Positions 15,355 to 30,029 are shown, counted from the stretch's first letter. The stretch is DNA of 64,000 bases from Octopus vulgaris (GCA_951406725.2 OX597834.1:35836001-35900000), one strand, 5' to 3'. The notes: a model not told the origin generated them from the sequence alone. Numbers and translations: made by a program.

Positions 15355-15560
15355 CGAGGGTGCATAACCTAGTAGGTAGGCCGTTCCACTCACGATCGCG
15401 TGATTGTAGTTTCAATTCCTAAACCGGGTGGCATGTTGTGTTTTTGAGCAAAACACTTCATCTCATATTGCTCTACGATCACTTCGACATATCTGACCCG
15501 TGGCACACTGTGCCCCTGTTCAGGTGACATCGATTTGATGGAGAGAGGGAGCTAATGTAC
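15355..15560 (+). mobile_element. SINE S3-related fragment
   Basis: B box GTTTCAATTCC followed by GTGTTTTTGAGCAAAACACTT...TTGCTC. Confidence 0.65.
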
Positions 15561-15649
15561 AGCATGATGGTTTGCGCTGGTCCTTCGCCTACAAATTGCA
15601 GGAGCATCTTTGTCGGACTACGAGTGACTACTATCATAGCATATATTTC

Positions 15650-16127
<478 letters not shown>

Positions 16128-16596
16128 AGTAAAATTGCTAACAACCAGGTACATATACAATGGTTTAATGCCTAAGAATCAGGTTCGGCCCAACCAGAAT
16201 GCGGTGCGGAAATGCTTACACTGGAAAACACAGCTAATGTTCTACGCAACCCTGGAAAATTGAAGTTGCGTAGAAACGTAAATCCACGGCGCTGATTTCC
16301 GCTGCCAAATATATACACACACAGAGAAGGAGAGAGAGATTTGTGTTTGTACTTGTGTCTCAACCATCGGTTGACAACCGGTGATGGCTTGTTTACGTCT
16401 ACAAGACCGATAGTAGAAGCACGAGAGTTTTAAAATGACTAAGCACAGGAGTCGACTGCGGCCATGCTCGGGTAACGCCCGAGTATGGCTGCAATCCAAT
16501 GAATGAGACAAGTAAGCTATTGCGGCTGGAAAAGATATCTCTTAGTAGATGAGGAACATTTCAAAGGCCCTCCTCTTTCCTTTCTTTCTCTCAATT

Positions 16597-16627
<31 letters not shown>

Positions 16628-16860
16628 TTTTTATGCCAACAACTTAAATCAGCTTAGATTAGAAAAGAGTGGTATTAAGTATTGCACCCGTATTAATGAA
16701 GAGCATTTGTCAACAGAAAACGAGGAAAGAAAGAAAATTATTACGAAAACTTAAATAAACATTACATGTACCCGGGGTACACAGAGTACTGAGCTCGGGT
16801 GTGCAGATTTTCATCACGTAACGAAAGTAAGACTATTGAAGAAGAAAAACAATAACTATT

Positions 16861-17440
16861 TTGATGATGAAAATGATGATGATAATGATGATGGTGATGA
16901 TGATGATGATAAGGAGGAGGAAGAGGAGGAGGGTTGTTATTTGTAGTGGTGGCAATAGAGTCGACGATGCTGCTGCTGCTGATGATGAGAATAATGGTGG
17001 CGATGGGGGTGATAGTGGTGGTGATGGCGGTTGTGGGTGGTGGTGATGATGATGATCATGATGATCATGATTATAATACCGATGGCGATGGAGTGGGTTG
17101 AGGGTTGGTTTGATGGTGGGGGTGACGTTGGGGGTGATGTCGGAATGGCGGTGGGTGGGGATGATGGGAGTTAGTAGGGGTGGGGGTAGATCACGAAGCA
17201 GAAGATGCCTCTGCTGCTGATGATGATGATAATGGTGCTGGTGTTAATGATTGTAGTGATGGTGATGTCGACGACGACAATAGCGACGATGATGATGACG
17301 ATGATGATGATGATTGTGCTAATGGCGGTGATGATTATGACTACGACGATGACGGCGCCGACGGAGACGATTATGTTGATGATCATGACGATGATGATGA
17401 TAGAAAGAAAAAGACAACAACAACCACAAAAAAAAAAAAA

Positions 17441-17509
<69 letters not shown>

Positions 17510-17534
17510 AAGAAGAAGGAGGAGGAGGAGAAGG

Positions 17535-17601
<67 letters not shown>

Positions 17602-17672
17602 GAAGAAGAAGAACAACAACAATAATAATATTAATAATAATAATAATAATAACAATAATAAGAAGAATTTAA

Positions 17673-17703
<31 letters not shown>

Positions 17704-17735
17704 AAGAACAACAACAACAACAACAACAACAAACA
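16861..17735. repeat. (GAT)n/(AAT)n/(AAG)n low-complexity block
   Basis: Direct inspection. Confidence 0.9.
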
Positions 17736-18073
17736 TTGGTAGCGGGAACAGCACTAGTAACACCAAGAAAGTATTTAGCATCGCCAAGGAGGTCCTTCGG
17801 TCGAGAAGTGAAACAGAGAAAAAAAAATGAATAAATTCTAAACGAAATAAAAAAGAGAGACGGCACAAAAGATGGATGCGTTGCGGATGGGGTAGACAGG
17901 GTATAGAGAGAGGGTGGACGGACGGGCGGGGGTGGGGGTGTTTATTTAATTTTTATTTTATCTTTTGCAGTGCGTTTTGTTGTCTTTATTAAATAAGATA
18001 TTGAAAATTAAATTAAAAGAGACAAAAATCAAATAGACATACACCCATACGTACACACGTGTTTACGTATATA

Positions 18074-18140
<67 letters not shown>

Positions 18141-18200
18141 CACACACACACATATATATATATATATATAGACATTTAGGTATGCCTGTCTATACATATG

Positions 18201-18231
<31 letters not shown>

Positions 18232-18778
18232 GAAGAAGAAGAAGAATTATAAAGAAGAAGAAAAAAAGAAGAAAAAGAAAAAGAAAAAGAAGAAAAAGAA
18301 GAAGGAAAAGAAGAAAAAGAAAAAGAAGAAGAAGAAGAAGAAGAAGAAGAAGAAGAAGAAGAAGAAGAAGAAAAAGAAGAAATGTCTAAGATTTACCGCT
18401 GGATGAATTAGTGGAGATAGAAAGACAAATTAGATAAATATTAAATGTGTGTGTTTGTATGTATGTATGTATGTATGTATGTATGTATGTATGTATGTAT
18501 GTATGTATGTATGTATGTATGTGTATGTATATATGAACAGATGCTTGTGCGTTTCTGCTTACAAAGAAGAGGTAAAATACCTCAATAGAAAAACAGAATA
18601 TTAATATTTATTAAAGAGCTGATTTTATTCGCTGCTTCTGCTCCGAGTTTCGCGTGCACCGCTGATCGTGTAACTAAATATATGGATACACAAAAAACAT
18701 TTTTAACACGAAATATACTTAGTCACCTATTAAAAGCAATTGAAACTAAGAGGAGAAAGAATGTTTATTTTTTCCTTC

Positions 18779-18862
<84 letters not shown>

Positions 18863-18863
<1 letters not shown>

Positions 18864-19072
18864 GTTAATCCAAACATGAAAACACAAAGAGAAAACACAA
18901 CAACGCAAAGACCTGGAACAAGTATAGTGTTATTGGACGCTCAGGAAAGGAATGAAAGAAGGAGGATTTAACGTTTCGAGTGGAGCTCTTCTTCAGAAAC
19001 ATAGGAAAAGGAAAGATCCAAGGATGGGAAGATGGAGGAAAAAAATCGCCAACGAAACACACGCGGTCACGT
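18863..19072 (-). mobile_element. Family A short non-coding element with a minimal hammerhead (18967-19000)
   Basis: Minus strand TTT-CTGAAGA-A-GAG-ctcca-CTC-GAAA-CG-TT-AAA. Abuts (TA)n. Copies at 21199 and 60099. Confidence 0.8.
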
Positions 19073-19099
19073 GTTCGTGTGCGTGTGGGTCTGTGTATG

Positions 19100-19328
19100 C
19101 GTCAAGCTTTTTCCCGATCATTCGCCATGCTGGACCGCTGAAATCTACAAGTTTTTTTTGTTTTTTTTTTATCATTCTCTCCTTGTTTATTTTCTCTTAT
19201 TCCTTTCTGTTGAAGAGCGTAGGCTCGAAATGTAAAAGACGTTTTCAATTTCCCGAGCATCAAACTAATACACTTGCTTGTTGTTCGTACAGCTGTCTTC
19301 GTCTTCTGTTTTTCTGTAAATTTCAAAT
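19100..19328 (+). mobile_element. Family B element with hammerhead-like motif (19203-19238)
   Basis: CTTT-CTGTTGA-A-GAGC-gtag-GCTC-GAAA-TG-TA-AAAG. Confidence 0.75.
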
Positions 19329-19344
19329 ATATATCTATCTTTCA

Positions 19345-19740
19345 TCTTTTCTTTCTTTCAGTCATTAGACAGCGGTTATGCTGGGGCACTGCCTCGAATT
19401 TTTTTGTAGTCGAATGAATCAACCCCAGTACTTATTTTTTAAGCCTGGTAATTATGCTAGTGGTCTCTTTTGCAGAACCGCTAAGTTACGAGGACGTAAA
19501 CACACCAACACTGGTTGTCAAGCGGTGATTTGACAAACACAGACACAAACACACACATATGCATATTTATATATACACGACGGGATTCTGTCAGTTTCCG
19601 TCTACCAAATCCTCTCACAAGGCTTTAGTCGACCAGAGAATATAGTAAAAGACACTTTCCCAATGTGCCACGCAGTAGGACTGAACGCGGGACCATGTGG
19701 TTGGGAAGCAAGCTTCTTAAAACACAGCCACTCGTGCGCC
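19345..19740 (-). mobile_element. SINE S1
   Basis: Collinear with 7005-7467. Confidence 0.9.
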
Positions 19741-19829
19741 TACATTAAGGCAAAGTCGACACAAAATGCCACCAAGGATATTTGCGGGCGTGCTAACAAC
19801 TCCGCCAGCTCGCCACATGATATATATAT

Positions 19830-20110
19830 AGTTGAAATTTACAGAAAAACAAAGGACGAAGACAAGTGTATAAACAACAAACAGGTGTATTAGTTTAACG
19901 CTCGGGAAGGTGAGAATATCTTTTACGTTTCGAGCCTACGCTCTTCACCAGAAAGGAATACGAGGAAATAAACAGAGAGAGAATAAAAAAATCTTTTCGA
20001 GCTAGCGGTCAATCATGGCGGCAGGCTGGACAGAGGTATTTAGACAGGAGTGGTAGTAAGAAGGGGAGATAATAAAATATTGGTGATCCCAAAACGAAGG
20101 TGACATTGAC
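19830..20110 (-). mobile_element. Family B element with hammerhead-like motif (19920-19955)
   Basis: Minus strand CTTT-CTGGTGA-A-GAGC-gtag-GCTC-GAAA-CG-TA-AAAG. Confidence 0.75.
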
Positions 20111-20135
20111 GTGTGTATGTGTGCGTCTGTGTGTG

Positions 20136-20190
<55 letters not shown>

Positions 20191-20718
20191 TTCACTATAT
20201 GATCTATTTTCTAACCAATGACGGACAATCTATAAATATTTTATGTTTTGTATAATATTATTCTACTGCCGTCTCAGTATGCAACAATATAACCATGAAA
20301 CGAAATAGAAGAAACAAGCTTTTATAAACACGTTATATTATTCCTAAAACAATAGACTGATAAAACTATGGAATGCAACCGAAGACATAAACTAGTTTAG
20401 AAACAACGTTTAGTTTTGTAATATTATTAGTTAAATGTTTTTAACTTTGTCGTTATTACATTCAGCAGTTTAGTGGTTGTTTTGCATCTACATGTCGAGA
20501 ACGTCCTTCATATCCTGTTTATGTATGTATGTATGTATGTATATATGTATGTATTTATGTATATATGCATGCATGCGTGAATGGATAGCTGTATCTGTGT
20601 CTATTTGTGACCTCGAAGTTTTGCTGGTCATCGGCCTCAATAGAGGCACGAAATTCTTGTGTCAATAATACATATCCATCCATCACTACATACATAAACA
20701 TATACTATCTCTCACTCA

Positions 20719-20797
<79 letters not shown>

Positions 20798-20838
20798 CCT
20801 ACCTACCTACCTACCTACCTACCTACCTACCTACCTAC

Positions 20839-20922
<84 letters not shown>

Positions 20923-20959
20923 GTATGTGTGTGTGTTTCTGCATATGTAAAATTATCGT

Positions 20960-21188
20960 GGCACTCCGTCGGTTACGACGACGAGGGTTCCAGTTGATCT
21001 GATCAACTGAACAGCCTGCTCGTGAAATTAACGTAGTTTTCGGGGAGATTCAGTGAGACACAGAGTGTGACAAGGCTGGTCCCTTTGAAATACAGGTACA
21101 ACAGAAACAGGAAGAAAGAGTGAGAGAAAGTTGTGGTGTGGAGTACAGCAGGGTTCTCTACCACCGCCTGCCGGAGCCTCGTGGAACT
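20960..21188 (-). mobile_element. SINE S3, 3' part
   Basis: GGCACTCCGTCGGTTACGACGACGAGGGTTCCAG is shared with 24109; the body is shared with 1860-1950. Confidence 0.85.
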
Positions 21189-21198
21189 ATATATATAT

Positions 21199-21328
21199 AG
21201 TTAATCCAAACATGAAAACACAAAGAGAAAACACAACAACGCGAGGACGTGGAACAAGTATAGGTTTAAAGGAAAGAAAGAAGGAAGATTTAACGTTTCG
21301 AGCGGAGCTCTTCGTCAGAAACATAGGA
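21199..21328 (-). mobile_element. Family A element with an intact-core minimal hammerhead (21289-21322)
   Basis: Minus strand TTT-CTGACGA-A-GAGC-tcc-GCTC-GAAA-CG-TT-AAA. TA repeats on both sides. Confidence 0.85.
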
Positions 21329-21361
<33 letters not shown>

Positions 21362-21407
21362 CTATCTATATGTATATATACATACACACACACACATATA
21401 TATACAT

Positions 21408-21438
<31 letters not shown>

Positions 21439-21482
21439 AATATCACCAAATGAATAAAAACGCACGATGGATAGGTGTCATC

Positions 21483-21587
21483 TCACTACAGCTGTTTCTT
21501 ACGTAACTATGAGCTATAACTCGGCCTCTCTACTGCATTCCTGGGATACCCCCTTCGTTCTGTAAAGATTACGTTCTCATCTGATAA
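21483..21587 (-). ncRNA. Degenerate long-stem-II hammerhead
   Basis: Minus strand CAGATGA..ACGTAA...TTACGT..GAAA-CAGCTG-TA-GTGA, with palindromic stem III and a U4 to A change. Confidence 0.45.
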
Positions 21588-21928
21588 TCACAGCCTTTTA
21601 TAATGATGTAATGTACTCATACTTCATTGAAGGTTACGTAAGAAAAAATTGTAAGGAGCTGACACCGGTCCATCACGCGATTTTACTCATTTGATTCTAA
21701 TATACCAAGGGAATTTACGACTTATTCGGACACCCTAGAGTAACGCGTAACGTGGACAAACGCCTTAACCCTTAGACGCTAAATGCTCTCTGTGTACAAA
21801 ACCACAATATCCTACCGGATATCTCGACTACAACCAACCATTGGCCGGAACCAGAGACATTACTCAAACCTGCCTGATGCATAACTTTCAAGTACCTGAT
21901 TCTATCGGAATCCTCATCTTACTTCTTA

Positions 21929-21990
<62 letters not shown>

Positions 21991-22024
21991 CCTATATATA
22001 TATACTATACATACATATATATAC

Positions 22025-22065
<41 letters not shown>

Positions 22066-22816
22066 TATATATATATGTGTATGTGTGTATGTATATATAT
22101 GTATATAAATATATCCCAAATTTTTCCACCCCTCTCCTCATATATATATATACATACATACATACATACATATATATAAATATGTGTGTGTGTATGTATG
22201 TATATATATTATGTATGTATGTATGAATAGGTCCAAAATACCGAAACCGGTACTGAAATGTTCTTTATAAAATTATTTTAGCATTTTCTATATATACATA
22301 CATACATACATATATATATGTATGTGTGTATATATATATATATATGTATGCTATATATATATATATATAATTTATAATTTATAATATACATATATGTACA
22401 AGCATTTAAACACACAAACATTTATTTATACACACATCACAATTTGTGGATGTACCCTGTAAAAAATGTGTGAATACACAAAATAACACGGATATAAATC
22501 AGGATTTTAAAGTTTAATTCCGTTTAGGTTCCGTGACAGATTCCCCCAGCCCACCCCACCCCACCCCACCCCGGATATCAATCGATATTTGGTGAAACAT
22601 TATCTGCAGGACGGTCGGCTATGCCAGACTGTGGCACATATACACCGCTGGTACCATCATTGGTAAAGAGACGACTGAGAATGGAGAATTTTGGCGCAGA
22701 TAGCAAAATCAGCAGAATGGATGAGAAAAACGAAACAGCAATATTACAGATGGGAACCTTATGTTGTGTGTGATTATGTAGGTATGTATGTACGTATGTA
22801 TGTGTGTATGCATGCA

Positions 22817-22849
<33 letters not shown>

Positions 22850-22883
22850 GCATGTGTGTGTGTGTGCATGTGTATGTGCATGT

Positions 22884-22921
<38 letters not shown>

Positions 22922-22968
22922 ATTTATATACATGTATGCATCTGTGTGTGCTTGTATATGTGCATGTT

Positions 22969-23020
<52 letters not shown>

Positions 23021-23139
23021 TGTATATATATACACACACACATATATAGACATGTATTTGTTTACCTTGTTTACATATATACCTATATATCTTGATATAT
23101 GTTTACCAATGCCTCTATATGCATATGTATAATATATAG

Positions 23140-23192
<53 letters not shown>

Positions 23193-23565
23193 TTCATGTA
23201 TACATGTACATATATATATGTCTATTTTATATGCATATAATATATATATGTATTATATATATAATATATATTTTCCTATACACACACACACACTCATATA
23301 CACCTAAACTTATAAATACATGCACACATATATACGTGTGCGGCACAGATAGACACACTTGTAAACGATTTGAGGGCGCTAAAAAAAAAAAAAAAAAAAA
23401 ATAAAGCTAAACGTGATATGGTGATTATGCAAATCTGCGAACCGGGATTTATTCCGTTACTTCACCCACGTCACTAATACCACTGTACAAAAGTAACTAC
23501 ATATATATATACATATACATATATATATATATATAAATATATATACACATATATATATACACATA

Positions 23566-23596
<31 letters not shown>

Positions 23597-23761
23597 GTGT
23601 ATATACGATATATATATATACATATATATATATACACACACACACTCACACACACACACATATATATATATATATACACACACATATATATATATATATA
23701 TACATGTATATATATGCATATATATATATACACATATATATATACACATATATATATACAC

Positions 23762-23804
<43 letters not shown>

Positions 23805-24108
23805 TATACATATATATACATATATATTTACAGGCTCTTATTATTAATGTATTTCTTTTTGTTCATTTTATTTCATTTTTTTTGTGTTTTATTTATGTAT
23901 TTTTTTTGTTGTTGCTCCAAACAAGGATTAGGGTCAATGTAGCGTGTACAGAAATCAGAAGAAAAAAAAATGAAACCAGGAAAGTTAGGGGTCGTAGAAA
24001 TCCCAAGATATCGATTGGCAGAAAGCCTAAAGACCGCGTATGATAGATCAGAGGAAAACAACGCTGGTGATCAACAATTCGATAAAAGACACTATTAGAA
24101 GGAAAAAC

Positions 24109-24430
24109 TGGCTCTCCGTCGGTTATGACGATGAGCGTTCCAGTTGATTCAATCAACCGAACAGCCTGCTTGTGAAATTAACGTGCAAGTGGTTGAGCAC
24201 TCCACAGACACGTGCACATTTAATGTAGCTTGCAGGGAGGTTCGGCGTGACATAGAGTGTGACAAGGCTGGAATCCTTTTAATTACAAGTACAATTCATA
24301 TTTACCAGCTGAGTGGACTGCAGTAACATGAAATAAAGCATCTTGCTCAAGGATGCAACGCGCCGCCGGGATTCGAACTCACAATCCTACGATCCCGAGC
24401 TGGATACCGTAATCACTAAGCAACGCGACT
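24109..24430 (-). mobile_element. SINE S3
   Basis: Head TTAGTGATTACGG...GAGTTCGAATCCC, central TCCTTGAGCAAGATGCTTTATTTCA, tail shared with 20960. Confidence 0.85.
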
Positions 24431-24515
24431 CCCACAGAGAAAAAGACTAATAGGAAGCGCAACAGCGAAACGATACGCTTAGAAAGAGCTCGCAAAGGCG
24501 GCGAGCTGGCAGAAG

Positions 24516-24718
24516 CGTTAGCACGCCGGGCGAAGTGCTTCGCGGTAATTCGTCTGCCGTTGCGTTCCGAGTTCAAATTCCGCCGAGGTCAACTTTGCCT
24601 TTCATCCTTTCGGGGTCGATTAAATAAGTACCAGTTACACCCTGGGGTCGACTTAATCCGTTTGTCTGTCCTTGTTTGTCCTCTTTGTGTTTAGCCCCTT
24701 GTGGGTAGTAAAGAAATA
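24516..24718 (+). mobile_element. SINE S2, full length
   Basis: AGGCGGCGAGCTGGCAGAAGCGTTAGCACG...GAGTTCAAATTCCGCC...CCTTTCATCCTTTCGGGGTCGATTAAATAAGTACC (Nin/Deu-like core). Confidence 0.9.
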
Positions 24719-24869
24719 GATACGCTTAGGAAGAGAAGCAGATGACATGTTTAAAGGTTTTGGCTGAGGATACCCGAGCAGAAAGCTCATCAGAGCAAAA
24801 CCCGTCGGTATGCTTATCGAAGAGATGCAACGAAGATACAAGATAAACCAAATATATATGTATATATAT

Positions 24870-25530
24870 CCTGTGCTTATTCCCCATCACCGCTTGACAA
24901 CCAGTGTTGGTGTGTTCGCCGTAACTTAGCGGTCCAGTAGGAGACAGCGATAGAATAAGTTCCAGTCTTAAAAGAAATTAAAAGCCCTGGGGCTCGATTC
25001 ATTCGACTAAAAATTCTTGACGGTTGTGCTCCAGCGTGGTCGCAGTCTACTGATTGAAACACAAGTAAAATAAATAAATGAATGAATAAACAAACAAACA
25101 AACAGGCATGGCTGTGTGGTAAGAAGCTTGCTTGCCAATCATATGGTTCCGGGTTCAGTCCCACTGCGTGGCACTTTGGCCGAGTGTCTTCTACTATAGC
25201 CTCTCGGGTCGACCAAAGCCTTGTGAGTGGATTTGGTAGATGGAAACTGAAAGAAGCCTGCCATATGTCTGTGTGCGCGTGTGTGTGTGTGTGTGTGTGT
25301 GTGTGTATTTATGTGTGTGTGTCTTTTTGTCTGTTTTTATCCTCCTCCCACCATCGCTTGACAACCGATGTTGGTGTGTTTACGTCACCGAAACACAGTG
25401 GTTCCGCAATAGAGACCGATAGATTAAATACCAAGCTTACAAAGAATACGTCTTACGTCGATTTCTCCGACTAAAAGGCGCTGCTCCAGCATGGCCGATG
25501 TCAAATGACTGAAACCAGTAAAAGATAAAA
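24870..25530 (+). mobile_element. Two SINE S1 copies (a 3' half, then a full copy from about 25104)
   Basis: Same head and tail motifs as 7005-7467. Confidence 0.85.
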
Positions 25531-26014
25531 AAATGAATAAAATAAGTAATTATATAATCTCCCAACCACGTGACCGAAAGACCACATGACCATCGCCTAA
25601 TCACGTTTTGTTTTTGATTTCATTGAAAGTACTTCCAAACTTTCTCCACCTCCTCCACCTCCCCTTCTATCCATTTACTCCTACTCTTCCTCATCCCTCT
25701 CCTTCACTCACCCCTCCCTCCCACTCTCCCTCACTCTTTCTCTCTCATTCCCTCCCACCCCCGTTACGATAGTCTTTCACCGACATCCCACCTGTTTTTA
25801 AGATAACTTGTTGTTCCAGCAATTTTTTGGCAACATTTCAATAATCGCTGGATTTTTTAAGGGAGAGAACGGCAAGGGTGGCTGGGGGAGGTGACACAGT
25901 CCTTTATTATTATTATTATCATTATTATTATTATTATTATTATTAGTTGTTGTTGTTGATGTTGTTAATATTAACATCATCATTGTTACAATTTTTGATA
26001 TACATTGGCCACTA

Positions 26015-26052
26015 AAGCAGTAGTAGTAGTAATAGTAGTAGTGGAAGTAGTT

Positions 26053-26096
<44 letters not shown>

Positions 26097-26395
26097 GGTG
26101 GAGGTGGAGATGGTGGAGGTGGAGGTGATGGTGGTGGTAGTGGTGGTTGTGATGGTGGTGGTCTTCGTCGTCGTGGTCGTGGTGGTAGTGGTGATGGTAG
26201 TTGTTGCTGTTAGGGGTGGAGGTGGTGGTGGTGGCAGCGTTGGCGTTAGTGTTTAGTGGTGGTGATTCTAAATGTTGTGGTTGGTGGTGGTGGTGGTGGT
26301 GGTGGTGGTGGTAGTGGTGGAGGTGGTGGAGGTGGTGGAGGTGGTGGTGGTGGTAGTGGTGGTTGTGGTGGTGGTGGTGATGGTGGTGGTGGTAC
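26015..26395. repeat. (GTA/GTG)n tract
   Basis: Direct inspection. Confidence 0.95.
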
Positions 26396-26879
26396 AACCA
26401 ATCTACTACTAACAACTATCCAAACACACATGTTTATGTTTATCGCACAGCAATGGCTTTAGTTTTCAGGCATTTTTTTATGCTAATGAAGTGACAATAG
26501 TTTCAGCCAATTAAAATCACTTGCTTTTTCATTATACATACATACATACATAAATGCATGCACGCACGCATACACACAAACAGTCATACAAACATACATA
26601 AATACATACATATAAACCTGGAAAACAAACAAATACGTACATGCTCGCAGATACGTACAGTTGTCTATCTCTTTATGAAAGTATGTATGCATGTATCTAT
26701 CTTTATATATATATACACGTACATATACATTTACATATACACATACATGCATACAATCATACATACATATGTACACGCACACATGTATATATATATATAC
26801 ATATATACATACATACACACACACACATATATATCAGCAATAATGATATGGATTATTACGAATCCGCATACCATTACTT

Positions 26880-26947
<68 letters not shown>

Positions 26948-27033
26948 CATATTGTTCCACATCCTTGCGTTGTTGTCTTTTTGTTTTCTTGTTTGGATTA
27001 ACTTTATATATATATATATATGCAACTTTCCAT

Positions 27034-27115
27034 AACCTACACGTGTTTCAACTGTAGATTAGTAACCGTTGCAATTGCAACCCTACTACAATACGGATGC
27101 ACTTTCTTCAGGGTC
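27034..27115 (-). ncRNA. Type I hammerhead motif downstream of the PLE ORF remnant
   Basis: Minus strand GACC-CTGAAGA-(long stem II containing GTTGC-AATT-GCAAC)-GAAA-CACGTG-TA-GGTT. Confidence 0.7.
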
Positions 27116-27276
27116 TTTACTTTAATATCCTTCGATTTAACTGTTTAAAGTTTTTAGTTTATCTACTCCGTGTTGTATGATGTAGAGTTGTCCGTTAAGT
27201 TAATCGCGAACAATCTCTAATTCAAGTTTTGATTGGATAATCACTTATAGTCCATTAATGTTTAAATGTTTGTTAT

Positions 27277-27491
27277 TCATTTATACTGGGCAAGTGTAAA
27301 TTTCCTCATATGCAGGCATCTCAAAGCGTATTCTTGCCTAGAATTTATTACAGAACCTTTGGATGTAAAAATCTGTTAAACTTCTTCTAAACATAAGTCA
27401 CATCTTTTAGCTCCAGGCCTGTATGGCTTTGCAGTACAAATTAATTCCTAATTCATAGTATAGTCTTTGATTCTGTCATTGATAGACCAGA

Positions 27492-27492
<1 letters not shown>
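27277..27492 (-). pseudogene. Penelope-like element GIY-YIG C-terminus
   Basis: IWSINDRIKDYTMN*ELICTAKPYRPGAKRCDLCLEEV*QIFTSKGSVINSRQEYALRCLHMRKFTL matches the PLE pattern W..I...A.PY..G.KRC.LCL.EK...LN.RSE....CRH..KF. Two stops. Confidence 0.85.
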
Positions 27493-27527
<35 letters not shown>

Positions 27528-27532
<5 letters not shown>

Positions 27533-27704
27533 AGAGTTTATGGAAAAAACAAAAGACGAAGACAGGTGATGTACAAAACAAACATGTATTAGTATAACGC
27601 TCAGGAATAGAAAAAGTCTTTTACGTTTCGAGCCTACGCTCTTCTATGGAAAGGGACACAGAAAAAACAAGGAGAGAAAAAATGTGTGTAGTGGCTAACG
27701 ATCT

Positions 27705-27710
<6 letters not shown>
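27528..27710 (-). mobile_element. Family B element (motif at 27618-27653)
   Basis: Minus strand CTTT-CCATAGA-A-GAGC-gtag-GCTC-GAAA-CG-TA-AAAG. (TA)n on both sides. Confidence 0.75.
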
Positions 27711-27783
<73 letters not shown>

Positions 27784-28161
27784 CTATATAAAATTAAAAG
27801 GCAGGGTACGATATGCAGCTGTTTGCTAGAAAGAAGAGTTAAAACCCTCCAAAGCAACGCATCTCTCACTATATGTAAACGCCCACGGAGATTGTAGGAA
27901 TTATACAAGAAGAAAACAGTCTTCCCCATTTGTAAAACTAAAAAGAGGAGGTTAGATATCCCAGTATCAATTGATTTCGCTTTCTCTGCCTGAATTTTAA
28001 TATATATTTTGCCTGTTGGGATTATGTTTGCTGGCCACTTTACGGTTCTTTTTTTTTTTAAAGATAATAACCTATTTGAATTCTGAATACATACATATAT
28101 ACATGCATATATATATATGCATACGTATATGTATATATACATATATTCAGATATATATACT

Positions 28162-28299
<138 letters not shown>

Positions 28300-28408
28300 G
28301 ATGAATTTGTGCATGCATGACATATTTTTCGTGACACATGATAGGACACACATTCGCAGGTATCTACACGAACACAATCATGTCATGCATGCACAAATTC
28401 ATACATAC

Positions 28409-28452
<44 letters not shown>

Positions 28453-28554
28453 AGGTTTACTTATATATATATATATATATATACATGTAAATTATATATA
28501 CATATACATATGCATGTATGTATATATACATACTTGCATAAATATATTTTTCCA

Positions 28555-28585
<31 letters not shown>

Positions 28586-29142
28586 GTGTTTATGCATAAA
28601 AGTACGGTGCACACGTTTATGTGACACATGCAGGTAATGGCACTCTTACACAGCCAATATTTATTGCAAAAATACAAATGCCTTTTTTTCTTTTTCACTC
28701 AAATCCGTACACAATCATGTCATACAAACACAAACACAAACATGTCCTGAACTGTTGAGTTCAAACATATTCGCAACATTACACCTACGCATGTATTAAA
28801 AGAGAAAACAAAAGCACTAAGAAAGAGAGGGGGGAGGAGAGTGAGGGGGAGAGGAAGAGGCAGAGAGAGAGGCGAGGCGAGGAGAGACAGAGGGAGATAG
28901 AGAAAGTGGGAGGTAAATGATTGAATGAGGGGAGAGATAATTGATGAAAGAGGAATGTGTGAGAGAGAGAGGAAGTGGTTGTTCTGGACGCCGTGGGTTG
29001 TAATGGAATATGTAGCAGAACAAATATATAAATTAATTCAATAAAGTAATAAAAATAAAGACTTTTAAGTAAAATAAGGATATTAAATAAAATTTAAATG
29101 TTACATCTATTCAATAAATTTTGTTTTTGTCTATGCCCCTTT

Positions 29143-29235
<93 letters not shown>

Positions 29236-29425
29236 GCGTGTGTGTGTTATATATACACATATGTGTGTGTATATATATATATGAATTATATATATGTATT
29301 ATATTATATATATAAAAGCATATATATGTATATGAATATATATATACATATATATATATATATATGTATGTATGTATATATATAAATAAATGTATATATA
29401 TACACAACCAGTACATACACAACCA

Positions 29426-29498
<73 letters not shown>

Positions 29499-29597
29499 CA
29501 CACCAGTATATATATATATGTATATTTATATATGCACACATACATTTGAGGGTATGTGTGCGAGTTTGTATGCATGTGTGTATGGAAGTGAGTGTAA

Positions 29598-29651
<54 letters not shown>

Positions 29652-30029
29652 CTGTGTGTGTGTGCGTTGTGTGTTTTCTTTTCCGAGTCACTAATTCATA
29701 ATTATTCTGAAATTATGAAACAAGTTGAAATTTTTACACACATTGCTTCTTTCTAAAAATAAATATCAAATGTATTTTTTTATATTTCTTCTTTTTTTTT
29801 TTTTTTGAAAGCATACTTTAAAAGTATCCAAAACAATATCAACAAGAACAACAGAAACAACATTAACAACAACAAGAGCAACATCACCACCACCCCAACA
29901 ACAACAACAACAATATAGATAACATCTCATCAGTAACAGAAGCCATCATAACGACAACAGAAAAAAACCAGAGCAACAACAGAAGAACAGTGTCGATAAC
30001 AACAACAACGACAACAACACTGACCAGAA

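Noticed and set aside
20355-20415. Further hammerhead-like traces (also at about 27810-27870, 42631-42665 and 44331-44370)
   Set aside because: Core and/or stem mismatches are too many; plausible decayed copies but not supportable individually.
22453-22470. miR-10-like TACCCTGTA
   Set aside because: The match ends after 9 nt and there is no precursor hairpin.
22610-22662. Plus-strand AG..GT segment reading TVGYARLW (K-channel-like)
   Set aside because: It lacks GYG, has a weak polypyrimidine tract and has no partner exons.
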